DNA of 64,000 nt from the human T2T-CHM13v2.0 reference genome, Homo sapiens. Positions 55,954-64,000 of the stretch are shown in pieces. The notes under the pieces are model-generated. The model was not told where the DNA came from and ran no database searches. It saw nothing but the letters and a program-made list of their open reading frames with translations. The position numbers were made by a program, and so were the translations under genes. The stretch is from NCBI RefSeq assembly GCF_009914755.1, contig NC_060936.1. One strand, 5' to 3'. Position 1 is the first letter of the stretch; each line of letters starts with the position of its first letter.

Positions 55954-57039
55954 CTGCAAGGGCAAGAGATTTGAAACCTGAAACTTTGTAATTTTTTTGC
56001 TGACAGGGTTGGAGGGTGATTTGCTAACATCTCATTATACAATGTATGTTAAGAGAAATGTAAAGGTCAAAACATGGTGCTTTTTGTTTCTGCTGGAGTG
56101 CTCAGTCAGAGAGATTCAGTTCAGCACAATATCAATCATTACAAATTCTTCCCCGAAATTCAAGACACATTAATCAAAACAAATGGAACTCAAGAAAAAT
56201 GAAAACTGGGGGGGGGGGTGAATAAACAAATACATGATTGAGTTGAAAACATAAAAATATTTATTAAAATACCAAAAATATTAAATAGAAACATTCTGAT
56301 GTAATGATTTCTGATACAGTTCAAACTTAAATAAAGAATGTATGGTCACATAAAATGTAAGTAAGTATATCACCTTTCACCTAAAGTTTTCCAGTTAAAT
56401 GCAAAACCTTCCTCTTTACCCTAACTAGGTAGATAATTATATCACTCTGCATAGTCATGTTAGGAGTTTAATTTTCAAGCTAAATCAAAATCACTTAAAA
56501 TGTCAATGATAGTTTAAAATTTAAGAATAGAAATTTGGACATATCAAACTCAAAATTGATGCTTTATTGAAAAAAACTAAATGTCTTTAAATTGCTATAA
56601 CAAACTTTATATGTTCAAAATTAGTTAACAAAAATAAAAGAGGACAAATTTCTGCATTCTTCAACCTCCAAATTTCTAATATCTTTATTCTAAGAAACTG
56701 CAGCTATTGTAGTGATATTCCTTCAATCCTGAAAACACTCAGGAAGCAATTTTTTTTAAATGTTTTACCTTGGCAGGAACTTTAGATCACAAGTCAAAGG
56801 TATCTCTTCTAAACTTGTAAAGAAAGTAAACAATCTACCAAGAGAACAAACAGCTCCCAATAGATACAGCTCTTACTGCTTCCTCCCCTTATTTTGTTTC
56901 TTTTAGTTAGAGAGCCATGACAAAGGAAAAACAAAATAATTTCAGATTTATATTTCTGTTGCTTCTTTTTTCTTCCTTCCATTTTGTTCATTGCATAAAA
57001 CAAATTGATTAGGAGGTTCTCTTGCTGGGCTTCAAATAT

Positions 57040-57410
57040 CATTAATATGTAGATGACTTCCAAGTAGCTATCCCCCACTCCTGTCTGACTTCTAAATTCT
57101 GGTCTTATTTATTCAAATGTTTACCTAGTATCTCCACTTGAATGTCTAATGGGAAACTCAAATATAATACGTTCAAAACTAAATTATTGGTCAACTCACT
57201 TTCCCATCAAAACTCAAGTTCCCCTTTGTTGAATAGCAACATCGTTACACTCTAATAGCCACCCCAAAAGGCAAACACTCATCCCTGAATTCCTCCCTTT
57301 TCCTCATTGTCTGTTCCAATATCTCTACAGGTACTAAGCAGTCAATGTTTATCTTTCACTGGTTCATACCCTCCTTGAAGCCAAGAACCATATTTCTTGG
57401 ATCTGTTAAA
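57040..57410 (+). mobile_element. L2 fragment
   Basis: atgtagatgacttccaa..tatctccacttgaatgtctaatggg..aactcaaa. Confidence 0.7.
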
Positions 57411-57618
57411 TCCCTAGGACCTTTAAAGATTTTAAAACAAATAAAATTACCTATATAACAGCTTCTTCATTTGCTAAGCAAATGATTACTTTTACATACC
57501 TACATTGCAAGTGATACTGGCACTTCACTGCATTGAAGAAGTCACTAGATCTTGAAAGATAAGCTCTATTGTATCCTTCCTCCCAATTGTTAAAACCCAC
57601 AGCAGATATACATGAAGA

Positions 57619-57815
57619 GTGAATGTTGATTTAAACTGTGAACTTTAGTTAATAATAATGTATTAATATTAGCTCATCAATTGTAACAAATCGACTACAG
57701 TAACGCAAAATGTTAATGGAGAAACTATACAGGAGAGAAGGGATATATGGAAACTCTCTGTACTTTCTGTTCAATTTTCTTTAAGTCTAAAACTGTTCTG
57801 AAAATAACATATAAA
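57619..57815 (+). mobile_element. L1MC 3' end fragment
   Basis: aaactgtgaactttagttaataataatgt..ctcatcaattgtaacaaa..ggaaactctctgtactttct. Confidence 0.8.
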
Positions 57816-58556
57816 ATATGTCACAGAAAAAATATTTCTCTCATTTTATGCCATTGTATTCTCAAGACATCTAGAGACCCATTTTTTCTCCAGTCCCCAA
57901 TGCCTTGTCTTTTAATACCTAACTTTTTATTTAATATTTTATCTATTAGCTGAGTATATTTCATTTCCCTTCCCACAAGTGAAAATAGATAATATATAAT
58001 GCTGGCTTCATGAAGACTTATGAAGAAATCAATTCTATGAAATAAAAATATTTCTGAATGAGTTTATTACAACTGAGTGGGGAATTTGAGTGTCATTTCT
58101 AGAGAATTTGGTCCATATAAATTCAGTCTTGGCAGCTAGCCATTAGGGGTTTTTGAACTGGCATATTTGAGAAGTGTTCTAACTTCTCAGTGGAATAAAG
58201 AAGAGGGGAAAGAACATTATAGAATGATTCTTTTCTTTAATAAATTTCCATATAAAAGGGTTTTGAAAGTCTGGCCTCAAGGTAATTCCAGAAATAGATT
58301 TCAAAGACTGCGACTCAAGTTTCTGTGTTATAGTAAGCTTAAGTTTTATAAAGTGTCAAATTGATGATCAGTTATATGGAAGCCTCTATTTATAATAGTA
58401 TAGTCCATTTTTATACTACTTTTAATTTGCAAAGGTGCTTTCATATATTATCTTATTTGGTATTCATAGTCATCCTGGGAAAATTGTAGAACAGATGCTA
58501 ACTCCTAAATAGATAACCACAATTTCACAAAGTAAAGAAAAAGAAATGCATGGAAG

Positions 58557-58970
58557 TATCCTCAGTCCAATTTTATCAGTCCATTTTCTATTGCTTCAAA
58601 ACACCTGCAACTAGGTAAGTTATAAAGACAAGAAATTTATTTCCTACAGTTATGGAGGCTGAGAAGTCCAAGGTTGAGGGGCCATATCTGGTGAGAGCCT
58701 CCTTGCTGGTGGGGACTCCGTAGAGTCCTGTGGCAGCAGCAACACAGGGCGTCATGTGGTGAAGGGACTGCGTGTGCTCGGGTGTTTGCTCAGGTCTCTC
58801 TTCCTCTTCTTGTAGAGCCACCAGGCCTACTCCCATGATAACCCATGAATCCATTAATCCATGAATGGATTAAAATTCAATCACCTCTTTAAGGTCTCCT
58901 CTTTAAATACTGTCATGTTAGGGAATGTTTCCAACACATGAAATCTGGGGGACACAAGAAAACCATAGCA
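58557..58970 (-). mobile_element. MST (MSTC-like) MaLR solo LTR
   Basis: gaaatttatttcctacagttatggaggctgagaagtccaaggttgagggg..aaaccatagca. Confidence 0.85.
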
Positions 58971-58980
58971 CCAATGTTAA

Positions 58981-59320
<340 letters not shown>

Positions 59321-62300
59321 GCTTCAAGATTTCTTAATGAAGGTAGTTGCATCGATGTTCATAGGTGCTTTTCTTTTAATTATCAGCTCTATTCTAAGAC
59401 ACCTAAATCTTCTGAACACACACACACTTACATGCTGACACACACATGCTGACACATGCTTACACTTATGCACATGTATTTATTAATCACACACTGTGCA
59501 AAGTATTTAAGCCCCAATAGGAATATAAAGATATGTATAAGGTATGTTTTTTTTTCCCTCTCTCTCAGAAACTTATAGTATAGTTAGGGGTAAAGAGAAA
59601 TGATCACAGGTATCTTACATACATTTTTTATATAATTCTCAGAAGTATGTATTATATTACTATTCCCATTGTACAAACACTGAAATGACTTGCCTAAATC
59701 CACTGAGCCATGTGCATCACTTCTGACTAGACTCACAGTCTGTACCCTTGTCTCCTAGCCTCACTGCCTTTTGATAATATAAACATCTAAAATGCTATGA
59801 ACATAGGCTCAGATTTCCTAGGACAGTTTTATAGTTGGTTATTGTGTTCTATTTATTGTCCATTAAGACATATCAGAAACACCAAATTTCGACAAAGAAA
59901 ATACTTCTCCAAAATACTTTCTTTCCTCAACCTTTTAAGTTGTCCTCAAATATATTTTTTCTAATTCAGTTTCCCAATATTCAACTGGACGTGGCCTTGC
60001 ATTTAAAAAGTAAGCAAGAATATAATAATAAGATACCAGCAGGTGAGACAAAGGACCACTTGAAGATTTTTGACAAGGGAGAAGACCTCAGAGGAGGAGG
60101 TTGTCTGAGGAGACACTTTCCTATAAAGATAAAATTTAATCTGGATCCTGAAATAGAGTTGAAATTCTTATTTTCTCATTTACAAACTGAAGCTAATAAT
60201 AGTAGCTACATCATTTGTTTAGATGAAAATTGAGTTAATACTTAGGCTTTTAAAACAGAGCCTGACTTAGAAGTTGGAAGATGGAGTACATATATCTTAA
60301 CTACTAAGCTAAAAGTTTTTATCTTTTAATTTCTATTGCCTAGCATAATGCCTAACACATAAAAGTATTTAATAGATAATTGTTGAATGAATGATGAAAT
60401 GATAGTGTATCATTGGTAAATTTTGAGTCAGAGAGTATAGTAAGAGAATTATAGTTTTTGGAGGTCAAATTGACATTTGTATTGTTCACTAAGCTTCAGA
60501 GATTTGGATATATGTTCTTTACAATAATAAATGCTTAGACTGTTTCCTCTTGGTGGAAGGGATCAAAAGGTAGATCCATCAAGTTTTCTCTAAAGCTTCT
60601 GCCTAACTAGGTGCTAAGCTTTTGAAGTTTGAGAATTTGCTTCTACTGTTATTACTAACTGGGGCTTGTATGAAGCATTTCACATAGCAGGTACTCAGGA
60701 AGTATTGATTGATTGATAAGACTTGGATTTGATACAAGGAAATAGTTGCTTACATTCAGGGAGAATAATTAAAGATACCAGAAACTATAGAATCACTTTC
60801 CTTTAGATACCAGTTTTTGTATAATATACATCTCTTTCTGTAATTTCATATGACTGGAGGCATGTATTGACCCTTGCCCTACTGACAAATTAATTAATAT
60901 TTGATATAAATTCGAATAAAAAGGAACAAAGCTCTCTGTATAGCCCAAGACCGTGTTGTGGATATAAGTCTGAAACCTCAATGGTTTGGGGGCACCAGGT
61001 TAAGGTAGCCCCGTAATTTCCCCAGTATCTGTTCTGGTAATGAAACCTTTAAAAGGAGCCAGAAGAGCAGAGCCTTCATAAACCAAAGCACTTAGGATTA
61101 AATATTATGATGATATTTTCTTGTAGAACTATTCAACAACTCTCTGTGAAAGAAACAAAAGTTCAACACATGGCATTTAAGGTGCCATGATTTTAACACA
61201 CTTCTCTTTCTCAAATATTTTCACGAGTATATGCCCTAGCCATGCTTATTCTTCAAGGGTCTCTGAATTTGACCTTTATTATTCTCCTTTCTCTATTGCT
61301 ACTTCCTCCTGGATCTGCTTGCCAAGTATGGAACAATAATTTGTTTTTAGTAATTTCTCAATAAACATATTCAACAGATTTTAATGGAGTATCTTTGATG
61401 TGTTAGGCATCATGTTATATGATGTGGGGGGTATAGAAAAAGGAATGAGATAATCTGCTGTTGAGGAGCTTGTAATTTAGAAATTCCCTCCCTGAATAAA
61501 TCTCTTTGATTTACCAGTACTTATGCTACTGCTACAATATGTCTGGACATGGTAGATACTTAAGAAATATGTATGCAATAAATTAATAAATAATTTTAAA
61601 TTACCATTCATCTTCCCTTATAGGATTACTTTGTTATATATTCTTCAAAGAAAATGTAATGCATTTCTTGGTCTTCGAACGGGTTTTGAATAAAAACAGA
61701 TGTCTGCATGGTTAAATTGCACAATCATTGAGATTAACTTATATATGTTTCAAATATAAATACTTGAACAGTTTTAATTGAATTGAAGTGAATTTAACAT
61801 AAAATTCTCTTATGTTCTTTCTAGAAATGAGGGCCTAAATAATTTTGGTATGAATCACTTATCAGTTTAAGTACTGATACAATGACCTGTATTCAATGAC
61901 TCTTTTACCTAAAAAACAGAACGTCAATGATTACATCATGCTCCCAGGAGGACTGTACCTTCCATATTGACGTCTCTTAATCTGAACAGCAGCTAATAGG
62001 AGTTATGAGATCATCAGTCTCATTCTCCCTTCAGGGGTGGTCTCGTGTCAGAAGACACTCAGAAGTTTTGTGTACCTTTAGATTTGTGAAGTGGAATAAA
62101 TGCCTGATATTTTAACAAAGACATTCAGATACTGTGCAGCATGCAGCAGCCTCGAGCATCATAATCCTATGCAGCAGCATTAGGTAGAACGACTTAGAGT
62201 GGAACCTCAGAAAGCACAGTGGCAGCAGTGATGAAGCCTTCTTATTAGATGTGGGCATCTCCACAGTGGAGTAAGGCCATACAAAGGGATTATTACAGCA

Positions 62301-62934
62301 CAGGAAGTCTTTAAAACTCTCAGGGTACATTGAGTGAGCTCTTGGATCTGGCACTATTTCTTTACAGGTCTTATCCTTTTATGCTTATATGTGAGAGCAA
62401 AAGAGAAAGGAGTTTGAACATTCTATCCTGCTGACATAGGATTTTTTTCTGCTGTATTAAATTCAAAATTCTACTTTGGATCTAGATATGATTCACAGGT
62501 ATCACAAAGCATATTTCTTTTGTAGTAGTCTACCAATCTCAGATCGGTTTGAATTGCAGTTGAGCAACAATGGTAGTTAAAACACATTCAATCAGGTCAT
62601 TATCGTCCAATAAGACAGTCTCACATAAAAGTCAGAAACCTTCTAGTTATTAGTCAAAGCAATACATCAGAATGCCTTGTTTATTATGATATGGCAAAAT
62701 GAATCAGATGTAGACATAGAGGATATTTATTCATCATGTAGACCAAATGCCACACAAAATATACCATAGACATAATTTTAAGAGACAGACTATTAAATAT
62801 CATGCATCTTCTAATTTTTAGAGATGCGTTGGCTGAACGTGTGGCCCTGGAACACATTTGCATGCACATAGATACCTATACATTGTTCTCTGTGAGCAAC
62901 GAAAATATTCCAACCTTCACTTAACATACTTACT

Positions 62935-63100
62935 ACGACAATCCTTGAACTTTAGTATGCCTACAAATTTCCCGGAAAACTTGATTAAAATGAAAATATT
63001 AAGACTATTCTTCAAGAGTTGCTCAGAAATCGATCTTAACAATCACGTGCCAAGTGCTGTTAATGTAGGTGGCCCTTGGACCACAGTTTGGGAAACACTG
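62935..63100. mobile_element. MER5-like hAT MITE
   Basis: caagtgctgttaatgtaggtggcccttggaccacagtttgggaaacactg terminus. Confidence 0.6.
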
Positions 63101-64000
63101 ACTTATTGTTATGAAAAATATGTTAATTATTAAATATGCAAAATACTGGTTTTTTAAATAATCTAAAGCAAAGACAGATACTAAGTATCTTTTAAAAAAA
63201 TTAAGTAATAAACGATAAGGGATTTAAATCTGTACGGAATAGAAACCCTTGCTCTGTGCTCTGTTACTAGCTATTTGTATTAGAGCAATCCATGTAATCC
63301 CTTTAAGTCAGTCCATCTCTAGAAATGGCTGCTGAGGAGAAAAAAATCTTAAGGCTTTGACAGATATGGATGTTAATTAAGTGCTGACAGGACGGCATGC
63401 ATTTTACAGAACAACTGACTGCTTACATTTTTGTATAATTGGATTTATAATTAAATTAATTGCTCATTTATTTTTGAAATGATGTAATGCAAGCAGAGGA
63501 ATGTAAAAATAGTGAAACTTTATTTGTGATATTTATAGCATATATTTTTACTGGGATAATTTAAGCCCATGGTGTCACACAGGACTATAATTGCTACAGC
63601 CACACGTATTCCCTGGAATTTCAGGAAACCATCATTTTTAGGTGGTAGCAAAAATAGGAAGGCCCACATAGATTTTTGTCCTACATTTTGGGAGTGTGTG
63701 TGTGTATGGTTAGGTGCCTTGTAAAGTTTGAGAAAATGCAGAAAAGCCCTGCTGATTCCAAACTATCTTGCCTGTGGAACTGATAAGGTACCAACTCCAC
63801 ACAGTTATTTTGCTTAGAATTACAAAATTTGACATGCTAATGGAAAATGGAGATAGTAATAATGAACAAATCAAGTGATATTATTTCTTGCTTATCAGCA
63901 ATGCTGAGAATTACTGATTCAATCAATGAACAAAAGAGGCACTGTTTTAGCAAGCAAGATTTAGAACTCACAAATGTATTTACGAGATTCCACTCAACCT

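Noticed and set aside
55694-55981. 95-aa ATG ORF on + strand (also the 132-aa ORF at 59835-60233)
   Set aside because: No recognisable domain or splice context; consistent with chance ORFs in a 64 kb window.

Overview
Primate genomic DNA, probably human or great ape (AluY, L1PA3/4). It is AT-rich and dominated by interspersed repeats: L1 of several ages, AluJ/S/Y, L2, MIR, MaLR and ERV LTRs, MER1B and other hAT elements, and an HSMAR2 mariner remnant. It looks like a large intron or gene-poor interval. I could not identify any host protein-coding gene. The long ORFs in the track are L1 ORF2 fragments or Alu/simple-repeat artefacts, and a few splice-flanked candidate exons are reported at low confidence. 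The strongest unexplained structure is a pair of ~1.09 kb inverted arms of non-recognisable sequence (40576-42001 and 44822-45908) around a 2.8 kb loop. One arm carries an AluSp that the other lacks, yet the arm core is ~97% identical with a 91-bp perfect tract, which suggests gene conversion, a possibly invertible cassette, or a long RNA stem. Other notable items are four short inverted template-switch scars (one copied from a MER1B 1.2 kb away), a twin-primed 5'-inverted L1PA, an L1 with both ends but a large internal deletion, and a trimeric Alu inserted in the mariner YSPDL motif. Repeat subfamily calls come from recalled consensus sequences, identities are hand counts, and old-repeat boundaries are approximate.
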